NCBI GenBank assembly: GCA_018238545.1
Contig: JABCTC010000005.1
Span: 1 to 64,000, forward strand
DNA from: Candidatus Heimdallarchaeota archaeon
GTDB lineage: Archaea > Asgardarchaeota > Heimdallarchaeia > Heimdallarchaeales > Heimdallarchaeaceae
DNA length: 64,000 nucleotides
Direction: 5' to 3'
Positions 46,921 through 55,841 of the stretch are shown piece after piece (position 1 is the first letter of the stretch; each line of letters starts with the position of its first letter). Below the pieces are notes generated by a model, which saw only the letters and a list, made by a program, of their open reading frames with translations, was not told the DNA's origin and did not search any database. Position numbers and translations under genes: made by a program.

Positions 46921-48120
46921 TATCCCGTTCACCCTGCGTTTAGGCAAGGCTTTCGGATCGCTTTTTATCAATATATTATATGCAGCGTTAACATCAGCAT
47001 TGATCAAATAGCCAGTAGCAGAACGGAACAACCCTCGGCGAACCCTTTTCCCCTTGTACTTCTTACGATAACGGGGAAATTCATTATCCAGGAAACTGCT
47101 CTTGGAGGTGTATTGTTCAGGAATCGTCTCCACCTTTATCCCTTGCTCAGCTCCTTTATATTTTAGCATATCGATGATTTTCAAGTAAGGGATGGTGACG
47201 AACATCTGGGTGGTCTTTTTCCAGAAATGGAGATTCTGTTTCCATAGCTCATTGTAGCCTATGATCACTTCATGGAGCCCTCGTTCGACCCACAAGTCTA
47301 CCAGATACTTGGTTAATTTGTGGATAGCATCATTCAGTTTCCTTCTCCACTTTTCTTTGAGTTTGTAGTAAGCTGGGCCATACTTGAGTCTGTTCTTATT
47401 TTGCAAATGCTTTCTCTGCTGCTGACTATACTGTAGTTGTAATTTCTTCTGTTCTTTCAAATAATATTGTGTAATGGATTTTATGCCTTTCCCTGCATCT
47501 TTGATAACAATCGGTCTTCCTCCGAGGTTATCTACGAAAGTGGCAAGGTTGTCCATCCCTAACTCTATCGCTCCTTTTCTGATTATTTTCTTCTTGAGAT
47601 TGGGTATACTCTTGAGATAAACAAGTTCAAGGGCATAGTGAGTTCTCCTTGGAATGATTCTTACTTCTCTTAACTCCGCTTGAGCTGTCAGTCTTGTCTT
47701 GCAGGTGTACTTCACTTTCTTAGGTAGCACCAACCATCCATTTACTATCTTCGCTTGTTGATTGGTGAAGATGGCTACCACTTCGCCATCCTTCTTCTTG
47801 TAGTTAGGTGGATTAGGCATGGCAAAAAACAATGTTGGGTTCCTCTTCCACTCTTGTTTCGCTTGGAAATAGCTCTTCCAACATCTAGAAAGAAGCTTGA
47901 GCGTCTGTTGGGCAACATGGGCGGGAAGAACACGATAGCACTCCTCCAGTTTCAACTGTTTGTCAAGACCGTAGTAAAAGAGAAGTTTGCTTGTTTGCTT
48001 CAAAGAAGTTTTTATTAGAAAATTTGCCCGATTATAGAGATTTTTAGCTTGATGACAGATTCTGCTAAGTGCTGGATGATACACCACTTCTATACGTTCT
48101 GCACGCAGTACCTTTGCCAT
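46861..48120 (-). CDS. tnpB: TnpB RNA-guided endonuclease (rearranged RuvC-II subtype; RuvC-I D>E)
   Basis: AKNLYN.AN, QQTLK, AIELGMDNLA, VIIGYN, PEQYTSKSSFLD, GLFRS...INADVNAAYNI. Confidence 0.92.
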   Translation of the reverse strand: MAKVLRAERIEVVYHPALSRICHQAKNLYNRANFLIKTSLKQTSKLLFYYGLDKQLKLEECYRVLPAHVAQQTLKLLSRCWKSYFQAKQEWKRNPTLFFAMPNPPNYKKKDGEVVAIFTNQQAKIVNGWLVLPKKVKYTCKTRLTAQAELREVRIIPRRTHYALELVYLKSIPNLKKKIIRKGAIELGMDNLATFVDNLGGRPIVIKDAGKGIKSITQYYLKEQKKLQLQYSQQQRKHLQNKNRLKYGPAYYKLKEKWRRKLNDAIHKLTKYLVDLWVERGLHEVIIGYNELWKQNLHFWKKTTQMFVTIPYLKIIDMLKYKGAEQGIKVETIPEQYTSKSSFLDNEFPRYRKKYKGKRVRRGLFRSATGYLINADVNAAYNILIKSDPKALPKRRVNGIGGYVMYPLRVSIEYLRPIS

Positions 48121-48260
48121 CCTTCGTTGACCTAGAGTTCACTATAAAAACACCCGTACTATCACTAAAATTTTTCTAGATTTACAACTTAACAAGACAA
48201 AAAGACAAAGCATATTCATAATAATGAAGTAAAAGCGAAAAAGATGAATGTTGAATTAGT

Positions 48261-49028
48261 TTAGAAGAACAGATATTCATCGTCTTTAGACTTTTTCTTG
48301 GCTTTTCTTCTTCTTCGCTTTTTCTTTTGAGATTTCTCCAATTCCTCCCTAACCAGCTCTAATATCGGTTCTTTGATGCCTAAATCCTCGTCAAGGGTTT
48401 CCGCAATCTTACTCATTGTCTGATAAATTAGCAATCTCATTTTATTTTTTGTTTCCCTTCTATATACACGTTTTAGTGTTTCCAAAGATTCTGAGTCAGC
48501 ATAATTAGGTATAATATTCAGAGACATTTGAATTGGGGAAGCAGATTTTTCATTCTGTATTACTTCAAGTAATAAGTCTTTTATTTCATCTTTTTTTAGT
48601 TTTCCTCGATCATGCAATTTACGAATTGCCATTGAACGAACAATTTCATTTTCATCTTCTTTTGATATTCTACTCAGAAAACCTTCAATTTTTGGAGATG
48701 ACATATATCCGATTGCTTCAATCAACACAAGTTTAACGCTATTTTCTCTTTCGTATGCATAAAATTCCATTAGTTTTTGTGCAATTTCTTTCTTCTTTGT
48801 ATCCTTCAAAATAAGAATGGCTTTAATTCGTACCCTCTCATATTTCTCCTTCTCAACAACTTTGATGAGAAATTCCATGTTATTCTTATCTATTTCTTTC
48901 TCCGATATCGAAATGAGTTCTTTCAACTTCGTCACATCAGGTGAGTTGTTGAATTTTTTCAGTCTCTGCTCCAATTTCGAATCCATTGTAGTTCTAGTAA
49001 ATACATTCCTTCTTTTAAGGTTGCTCAA
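48261..49028 (-). CDS. HEAT-repeat protein with basic C-terminal tail
   Basis: E..E.VR..AI..L repeats; KKKRRRRKAKKK tail; start may be ATG 48986. Confidence 0.8.
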   Translation of the reverse strand: MSNLKRRNVFTRTTMDSKLEQRLKKFNNSPDVTKLKELISISEKEIDKNNMEFLIKVVEKEKYERVRIKAILILKDTKKKEIAQKLMEFYAYERENSVKLVLIEAIGYMSSPKIEGFLSRISKEDENEIVRSMAIRKLHDRGKLKKDEIKDLLLEVIQNEKSASPIQMSLNIIPNYADSESLETLKRVYRRETKNKMRLLIYQTMSKIAETLDEDLGIKEPILELVREELEKSQKKKRRRRKAKKKSKDDEYLFF

Positions 49029-49073
49029 TTTTTGAGGTTTTTATAAGATTATGAAGAGATATTATGAAGACAG

Positions 49074-49628
49074 TTGACTACAATACTAGACGAAAATAAA
49101 CAGGAGCTTGAAGGTTATGCCATTGTTTATTTTGCCGATAGTGGCTTTGAGTTATTTGCATCCAGTCTAGATAATCCTAAATTAGACATTACATTGACAA
49201 ATTATCCTACATTGATGGGGATGATGCAAAATCAAAAAATCGAAGGCTTAGCTTCCTCAAAAATCAATAATAACACTTTTCTTTTTGCTTATGCTTTGAA
49301 CTTAAAAAACTTAAATGCAAGAGATTCCCGTTTGAAGCATGAAACAGTGACAATAGTCAATTTTGTAGTCTCACGAGAATTATACAAAGAACTTATCGTA
49401 AACTTTGATGATTTTGAACAATTCTTGGAATCCTATTTTCAACCTATCAGGTTTCTTTTTGATCTTTATGCAGTCGACTTTACTAAAGTAATACCTATAT
49501 TTCAAGAAAGGCAGCGCATAATAGAAAAAACTAGAAAAAGAAACAATGGAGAAGGAGAAAACTCTTTAGCTACGGAATTTAACAATTGGTTGAAATCAGC
49601 AGACTTTTCCAAAGAAAAAAATAAGTAA
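49074..49628 (+). CDS. Hypothetical protein, possibly longin/uDENN-like fold
   Basis: YAIVYF.DSG.EL...FAY.....ARDSR....TIVNF pattern; fold call is tentative. Confidence 0.6.
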   Translation: MTTILDENKQELEGYAIVYFADSGFELFASSLDNPKLDITLTNYPTLMGMMQNQKIEGLASSKINNNTFLFAYALNLKNLNARDSRLKHETVTIVNFVVSRELYKELIVNFDDFEQFLESYFQPIRFLFDLYAVDFTKVIPIFQERQRIIEKTRKRNNGEGENSLATEFNNWLKSADFSKEKNK

Positions 49629-49686
49629 CAAGCATATAGTATTTTTTTTATATCACATATTCCCCTGTTCTTTTAAGTGAGATTTA

Positions 49687-50601
49687 ATGCATGAAATTAG
49701 GTTCCATGGTAGAGGAGGTACTGGAGCAGTTATGGCTTCAAGAGCACTTGCTAAGGCGGCGTTTTATGCAGGAAAGAATGCTGTATCCTTTCCATCTTTT
49801 AGTGCTGAGAGAAGAGGAGCATTGGTTTTAGCGTTTGCTCGAATCAACACTAAGAAAATCTACCGAAAGTCACAAATCTACGAACCTGACACAATTGTTG
49901 TTTTAGATAGTTCCCTAATTGAGTTGAAAGATGTCGCAAAAGGTCTAAAACCTGACGGAATCGGAATTATCAACACAACAAAGAAACCTAAGGAGATAAC
50001 ATTATCCAAAGTGATTAAACTTGGGGTTGTAGATGCAACAAGTATTGCTAAAGAAACTCTAGGGCAACCATTTGCTAATAGTGTCATATTAGGTTCTTTA
50101 ATTAGGAGTACAAAATTAGTTGGAATGGAAGAATTAGAGAAGGGTATTCTGTCTGTATTTGGTGCAAAACTGGGAGAAAAACAAGCAAAGAGAAATGTTG
50201 AAGCAGCTCGTAGAGGATATGAAGAAACACAATTTGGTAAATCACATGGAGGAAGAAATTACTCTAAATTGCAACCATGGTTACCATCTGTAGAAGAGCT
50301 GCCTATTGGAACTATCTTGCCAAAAACCACAGTTTCAACTGGACAGTTAATTGGACCAGGATCTGCAATCACACGGATAACAGGTACGTGGAGTTACATC
50401 AAGGCAGATATCGACCCAGAACTTTGTATTAAATGTCTTAAGTGTGTATTTCATTGTCCTGAGGGGACCATCCACCGAAAAAATAATGTTGTAATTGTAA
50501 ATAAAGCATATTGTAAGGCCTGTGGAATTTGTGAATCAATTTGTCCAGTAGATGCTATAAAAATGATAAAAATAAAAGAGTTTTCAGAAATCAAACCCTA
50601 A
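49687..50601 (+). CDS. 2-oxoacid:ferredoxin oxidoreductase gamma-delta subunit fusion
   Basis: EIRFHGRGG.GAV, FPSFSAERRGA, NSVILG; C-terminal TGTW, CIKCLKCVFHCP and CKACGICESICP. Confidence 0.92.
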   Translation: MHEIRFHGRGGTGAVMASRALAKAAFYAGKNAVSFPSFSAERRGALVLAFARINTKKIYRKSQIYEPDTIVVLDSSLIELKDVAKGLKPDGIGIINTTKKPKEITLSKVIKLGVVDATSIAKETLGQPFANSVILGSLIRSTKLVGMEELEKGILSVFGAKLGEKQAKRNVEAARRGYEETQFGKSHGGRNYSKLQPWLPSVEELPIGTILPKTTVSTGQLIGPGSAITRITGTWSYIKADIDPELCIKCLKCVFHCPEGTIHRKNNVVIVNKAYCKACGICESICPVDAIKMIKIKEFSEIKP

Positions 50602-50605
50602 GCTC

Positions 50606-51478
50606 TTATTTGTATCTATCTAAATCATCTTTGTTATTTCGGTATTTTCCAGAGACTGATTTAGAATCAAAAGAGTAATCATTATTCGAATTACTTTCTT
50701 TTGCATCATTTTCAAAATCTTCTTCGTTCTCAAAATCTTCGAAATCTTCGAAATCGTTTTCTTCTGTATCTTGGTAGAATTCTATTTGGGTTTCAAGAAA
50801 CGAAGTATCAAATTCAGTAATTTTATTTGAGTGAAAATCTCTATTAATGTGAGTTTCTACTTCTTTTAGAGCCATTAATGCTGCATCATAATCGATGTCA
50901 AAAGTATTACAATAGGATAAAACAGCTAATACAGGAACACTATATGCTGTACCTTCTGTAAGGAGAAAACTTATTGGTCCTCTGATTGATAAGTCATCTC
51001 TGAAGGTTCTTTTTGTTCCATAAACTTCTGTGTATTTATTGGTAGGAACTAAAGCTATCCAAGAATCATCTGTAGTGTCTCTTACATCCTCTCTCAACCC
51101 ACCAATTATAATGTATCTCTTAGCATTCCAAGATAGAATCTCCTGTGCTAACCACTTCCAGAATGCGTCTGGTAAAGCATCGTAACCAACTACAGGGATC
51201 GGTAAACGCGAAGCTACCAAAACAACTTTTTCTTTCTTGTCGCTGGAATCTGCGTTCATAGAGTATACAGTAATTGGAGTTTCAATGTTAGCCTTATGAA
51301 ACCAACTCATCGTTCCCCAAAAACCAACAGAGACAACATCAGTCTCTTCGACAAGATGATTTAAGACAGTGGTTCCCACTGAACCGTAGCCCGTAAAACC
51401 TAGAATCACTGTCGTGTCAGAATCTATAATTGAGGTGTCAAAGGACATCTGATTAAGAAAAAGTGTTTTATTTTTCAT
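50606..51478 (-). CDS. PAC2 proteasome assembly chaperone family protein with acidic tail
   Basis: VILGFTGYGSVG....NHL, IIIGG, I.GPISFLL, D.DAA; EDFEDFE tail. Confidence 0.8.
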   Translation of the reverse strand: MKNKTLFLNQMSFDTSIIDSDTTVILGFTGYGSVGTTVLNHLVEETDVVSVGFWGTMSWFHKANIETPITVYSMNADSSDKKEKVVLVASRLPIPVVGYDALPDAFWKWLAQEILSWNAKRYIIIGGLREDVRDTTDDSWIALVPTNKYTEVYGTKRTFRDDLSIRGPISFLLTEGTAYSVPVLAVLSYCNTFDIDYDAALMALKEVETHINRDFHSNKITEFDTSFLETQIEFYQDTEENDFEDFEDFENEEDFENDAKESNSNNDYSFDSKSVSGKYRNNKDDLDRYK

Positions 51479-51574
51479 TGTTTGATGAAGATATTTACAT
51501 GTGGTTAAAAAATTGATGGTTAGAGCGTTTTTTTGCGCTCAATTTTTGTTTGAATTTACTAGTTTCTGGTAAAT

Positions 51575-53170
51575 TCATGCTTCCTCAAGTTCAGTTTCTT
51601 TATCTTTTCTTCTCACTTTAGATTTATCTATAAATTCCTCTTCTTCAGGCCATAAGAAGGAAGCAATTGTAGTAAAGATAAGCAACAACACAATTGGAAC
51701 TAACAAGCCTATGAGATTATATGCAAAATTATCTGTTCTATCAGAAATTGCAAACACAATCATCAATGCTACACCACCTAAAATTATCCCAATTATTTCA
51801 CTTACTGAAATAATTGTCTGTTGAATACTCATAGTAGATCCATGTCTTTCTTCATCCATTCCGATTGAACTGCTATCTCCTAAGCGACCACTTATTGCGG
51901 GAAAATACGCTGCACCCAGGACGAGTGATATTACTAGTAATATAAGAATCCACCAGTTACTCGTAAAACCATCTGGATCAAATTCTGACGTGGGGTCATA
52001 CCAAGGTTGTCCTCCTGTCATGAAATTTCCAAAAAAGGATATTCCAATAACAACTGCCATCATTAGTAAACCTGCAACGCCTATTGAAAGAGCTTTCCGA
52101 CGTCCTATCTTATCAGCTATCCAACCCCAAAAGGCCATAGGCAGTCCCATAGTCAAAGTAAATACAACCGTAGTTAAACCAGCATCTGCAGGACTTGATT
52201 CAATTGACAAAATTAAGAAACCCCAGTTGTTCAGAATACCAATTATTGCAGCTGTTCCCAGCAGAGGTAAAACTATTCCTCTTCTGCTCTTATCAACCAT
52301 GAGTTTCCATGACATTAACAGCTCTTGTTTAACACTGTACTCTTCATGTTCAAGAACAGGTTTGGTTTTATCAATCATGAGAAAAACAACAACTGCAGAG
52401 ATTATTATTGCAAAAGCAAATAAAAGATAAAGATAGGCAAGTCTTTGGGGGTTGTTGGGTTGCCAATAAGTAATAACGTTTCTTGCACTTAGACTAAGTT
52501 CGTTAATTTTAGCAAAAAGATTGATTCCCCCGATCCTAATAAGCTCATTAACGCCAACTATGGAATTGTAAAGAACACCTGCTAAAAGAACACCTGCAGA
52601 TCTACCTCCAGAAACAGCTACATTGTATAGACCCATTTTAGTAGCTCTTGTTTCATAAACTGAAAATCTGGATATGTAGCCATAAGAAGCATTCACCTTG
52701 ATAGAACCTGCTAGACCATGCAAAAAATGAAATAAACTCATTCCAAAGATCATCAAACCATTAGCTAAGGGGATTATACCAATCCATCCTTGCCAATTGA
52801 GAGCACAAATTCCATAACCAATTAATATTAATCCTCCGGCAGCTGTTCCTAGTAGAATCCACCGTTTTGCATCAGACACATCAGATCTAAAACCAAAATA
52901 TCCCGAACTGATGATCACAGCAATGGCATAAGTTATTTCAACGAATATTATTGACAGATTCGCTTCCCAACCCTCCATTCGAAGATGAAGAAAGATGTAA
53001 ATTGGCATTAATACAGTTGTGCTGCCAAATGCGACTCTGAGGAAAAAAGTTGAGATTAAAATTCCAATAAAAGAAAGAGTAGGTCTCTTTTGAGTGTATA
53101 AATCATCGCCATCGTTTGTTTTGTCCAGAGTACCATCCAATTTATTTGATGATTTGTTGCGCATATTCAT
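51575..53170 (-). CDS. MFS transporter
   Basis: About 12 TM segments; motif A GWIADKIGRR. Confidence 0.85.
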   Translation of the reverse strand: MNMRNKSSNKLDGTLDKTNDGDDLYTQKRPTLSFIGILISTFFLRVAFGSTTVLMPIYIFLHLRMEGWEANLSIIFVEITYAIAVIISSGYFGFRSDVSDAKRWILLGTAAGGLILIGYGICALNWQGWIGIIPLANGLMIFGMSLFHFLHGLAGSIKVNASYGYISRFSVYETRATKMGLYNVAVSGGRSAGVLLAGVLYNSIVGVNELIRIGGINLFAKINELSLSARNVITYWQPNNPQRLAYLYLLFAFAIIISAVVVFLMIDKTKPVLEHEEYSVKQELLMSWKLMVDKSRRGIVLPLLGTAAIIGILNNWGFLILSIESSPADAGLTTVVFTLTMGLPMAFWGWIADKIGRRKALSIGVAGLLMMAVVIGISFFGNFMTGGQPWYDPTSEFDPDGFTSNWWILILLVISLVLGAAYFPAISGRLGDSSSIGMDEERHGSTMSIQQTIISVSEIIGIILGGVALMIVFAISDRTDNFAYNLIGLLVPIVLLLIFTTIASFLWPEEEEFIDKSKVRRKDKETELEEA

Positions 53171-53382
53171 TATTCCTTAATTGATAATCGAAGTGTGTCA
53201 GTCTTATTATTAAAATTTTTGCTGATATTTTCAGATTTAGCTTTTAGTTATTGATTAAAGTGAGTAGCAAAATTAACTTGGAATAAAAACACCAACTGAG
53301 AGTACTTAAACGAAAATCGACATAGTTCATAAGTGAAATGTTTAATTATTATAAAAAAATACCTTGAAGTATACGAGAAGTA

Positions 53383-53417
53383 GCGTAAAGTATTTAAGAA
53401 AGGCATAAAGTATTTAA
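53383..53417 (+). promoter_or_regulatory. Tandem 15-bp direct repeat of a BRE-TATA-like element
   Basis: gcgtaaagtatttaa (53383-53397) and gcataaagtatttaa (53403-53417), 20-bp period, upstream of ATG 53470. Confidence 0.55.
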
Positions 53418-53469
53418 TACTGTAAGAACATAAAATAATTATTAATAGAACAGATGGAGAATTAGAAAA

Positions 53470-53898
53470 ATGAGCAGTGAAAAGCAGTCCGTAACAATTG
53501 CCAAGATGGTCAAATTAGAGGCTGAAAGGCCGATTGAACTACCCGAGGAATTTTTATCAGCTCTAAAACCCGATGGCAAGACTTATGCTGTCTTGATTTT
53601 AGCTCCCAACACTCGAATAATCAGAATAATTCCAACAAGTACAAATGAAGTCGCGAAGATTAACATCAATATTGGGAAACTTTCTCCTGATTTCCTTCGT
53701 AAGATGGGTTCTATTTTCATCAGACTTGGTATTAAGACACTCTACAGTACTGGTCTTTGTTTCACTCAGAGCGCCTGTGTGTATGAAGGGTACATTGACT
53801 CTGATGAATTAAAGGAAGTCAGTATTGATCAGATCAAAGATGAGCTTGAAAGAATTGAAGGCGTATCGAGTGTCGAGGTAGAAACGCTAACAGTATAA
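53470..53898 (+). CDS. Hypothetical protein, possible AbrB-like N-terminus plus ACT-like C-terminus
   Basis: RPIELPEEF..AL; C-terminal beta-alpha pattern ending ELERIEGVSSVEV; GGAGA RBS. Confidence 0.7.
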   Translation: MSSEKQSVTIAKMVKLEAERPIELPEEFLSALKPDGKTYAVLILAPNTRIIRIIPTSTNEVAKININIGKLSPDFLRKMGSIFIRLGIKTLYSTGLCFTQSACVYEGYIDSDELKEVSIDQIKDELERIEGVSSVEVETLTV

Positions 53899-53912
53899 AG
53901 GGGCCAACCTTA

Positions 53913-54629
53913 TTGGTTCAACGGAGTAGGAAAAAAGAAAAAAGATTAAATTTACTCCTTCACCCGTTGCGCCGTGAGATTTACAGACTAGTGTGTGAAA
54001 CCCCAGGGGTTTACTTTTTTGAATTATCTAGTGCATTAACAGCTCCACATGGTACTGTAAACTGGCATCTTAGAAAACTAGAAGAGGCAAGTTTGATAAA
54101 TTCTATGAAATTTGGAGGTAAAAGAGTTTATTATTCCCGAAATTTGCGTACAAAAGATGTTGAGAAAGCTTTTGTTGTTTTGAAGCATGTGACAGCACGT
54201 AAGGTTTTTGCACATATATTAAACAGCGAGAACTGCCACCAAACACAAATTGCTCGGAGCTTGGGTATTCATCATGACACAGTTCGTCACCATACTCTGC
54301 GTATGGAGAAAGCAAATTTAATTGAAAGTTTTAAAGATGGAAGAAAAACCTGTTATAGGCTTGGAGAGATTGGGAAAAAACTCCAAGAAGATAGTTTGAA
54401 TACAATCTCAAACACATATATCGCAGCTCTGATGGACATTCTTGAAGAAAGTTGTCTTCATCCAGAAATAGAGGAAATAAGTACAAAGCATCTGACAATA
54501 AGAATCGAATGTCCTGGATCAACAGATGCTACTTTTACAATTTCGTTAGATCAATGGTCATTTGATGAAGAAGAATTCGATGTTGTACAAACTGAGGGAG
54601 AAAGAGAAATTGCTCAAGAGGAATCATAA
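53913..54629 (+). CDS. Tandem winged-helix (double ArsR-like) transcriptional regulator
   Basis: HPLRREIY..V...PG..F.EL...L....GTV.WHL.KLE and a second wHTH QIARSLGIHHDTVRHH..ME. Confidence 0.85.
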   Translation: MVQRSRKKEKRLNLLLHPLRREIYRLVCETPGVYFFELSSALTAPHGTVNWHLRKLEEASLINSMKFGGKRVYYSRNLRTKDVEKAFVVLKHVTARKVFAHILNSENCHQTQIARSLGIHHDTVRHHTLRMEKANLIESFKDGRKTCYRLGEIGKKLQEDSLNTISNTYIAALMDILEESCLHPEIEEISTKHLTIRIECPGSTDATFTISLDQWSFDEEEFDVVQTEGEREIAQEES

Positions 54630-54630
54630 T

Positions 54631-54675
54631 TTCACACAGAGTGCTTGTGTGTATGAAGGCTATATCGACTCTGAA
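54631..54675 (+). repeat. Diverged 45-bp copy of the internal segment 53761-53805 of the upstream gene
   Basis: Encodes FTQSACVYEGYIDSE versus FTQSACVYEGYIDSD; differences only at codon third positions. Confidence 0.9.
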
Positions 54676-54790
54676 ATTGATTGTTCTAGATGAAACGGGA
54701 TTTTTTTACAAATAAGTCAATTAATTAACCAAAAATAAATTTCTTCAAAAAAATAGCTTTATAAGGGAATTTGGCAATCCATCATAAGGA

Positions 54791-55816
54791 GTGTCAAATA
54801 TGAGTTCGAAGACTAAAGTATCTTCTACTAAAAGTAAAAAATCAACTAAAATCGATATTAAAGGCCTTGCAAAGAAAATTAAAGAAATTAAGAAAAACAT
54901 GAGCAAGGTAATTGTCGGACAAGAAGAAGTTATAGATGCAATGATTACAGCACTTATCGCAGATGGTCATGTTCTGCTTGAAGGAGTGCCAGGAATTGCA
55001 AAAACATTAATGGTACGTGCTTTATCAAAAGCAGTTTCAGCAGAGTTCAAAAGAATACAGTTTACTCCAGATCTTATGCCATCAGATGTTACAGGAGTTA
55101 TGGCTTACAAACCCGAAACAGGTGAATTTTACTTCAAACAAGGACCGGTTTTTACAAATTTGTTACTAGCAGATGAAATTAACAGAGCGCCACCCAAATC
55201 TCAAGCTTCAATGCTTGAAAGTATGCAAGAAAAGCAAGTAACAATTGAGAAAAAAACCTACAACCTTCCAGAACCATTTATTGTTTATGCAACTCAGAAC
55301 CCAATCGAAACTGAGGGAACGTATCCTTTACCTGAAGCTCAAATTGATCGTTTTGCCTTCAAAGTTCTAGTAACCTATCCAAAAGAGGATGAGGAAGTAG
55401 AAATCGTAGAAAGGTTTACTGGTGAGCATGATTCTTACGATAAATTGGAAGATATTAAACCAATACTGACTGCCAACGATGTAATCGAACTCCAAAAACT
55501 TGTTCGTAAAGATGTTACCATTTCTGATGAATTAGCTAAATATATCGTCCGTATCGTCAATTTAACTCGTGAAAGTGAGGAAGTATATATGGGTGCAAGT
55601 CCAAGGGCAAGCTTATGGATGACAATTGCCGCAAAAGCATCCGCAGCGATGGAAAGCAGAACTTATGTTAATCCAATTGATATACAAAAGATAGCTAAGA
55701 ACGTTCTTAGACACAGAGTTCTTATTAAGCCTGAATACGAATTTGATGGCACCACATCTGAAATAATTATTGACCGAATCCTACAACACACTCCTGCACC
55801 TAGTGTTCAATCATAG
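54791..55816 (+). CDS. moxR: MoxR family AAA+ ATPase
   Basis: GHVLLEGVPGIAKT, RIQFTPDLMPSD, LLADEINRAPPKSQ, ATQNPIE.EGTYPLPEAQIDRF. Confidence 0.95.
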   Translation: MSNMSSKTKVSSTKSKKSTKIDIKGLAKKIKEIKKNMSKVIVGQEEVIDAMITALIADGHVLLEGVPGIAKTLMVRALSKAVSAEFKRIQFTPDLMPSDVTGVMAYKPETGEFYFKQGPVFTNLLLADEINRAPPKSQASMLESMQEKQVTIEKKTYNLPEPFIVYATQNPIETEGTYPLPEAQIDRFAFKVLVTYPKEDEEVEIVERFTGEHDSYDKLEDIKPILTANDVIELQKLVRKDVTISDELAKYIVRIVNLTRESEEVYMGASPRASLWMTIAAKASAAMESRTYVNPIDIQKIAKNVLRHRVLIKPEYEFDGTTSEIIIDRILQHTPAPSVQS

Positions 55817-55841
55817 AGTTTGAAAAATTCAATTACAGAGT

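Larger units (their letters stand above)
46798..48221 (-). mobile_element. Non-autonomous solo-tnpB element bounded by inverted end repeats
   Basis: tttgtcttcttgtcttatta (46810-46829) matches the reverse complement of 48190-48209 (tttgtctttttgtcttgtta) at 18/20, with a further ttatga match 6 bp outward; higher-GC interior; no transposase. Confidence 0.75.

Noticed and set aside
41420-48221. tRNA-Tyr as the integration site of an island carrying the rSAM operon
   Set aside because: No integrase and no duplicated tRNA 3' end were seen, and the operon's composition resembles the host.
50700-50765. Short aaatcttcg tandem repeats
   Set aside because: They simply encode the low-complexity acidic tail (EDFEDFE) of the PAC2 protein.
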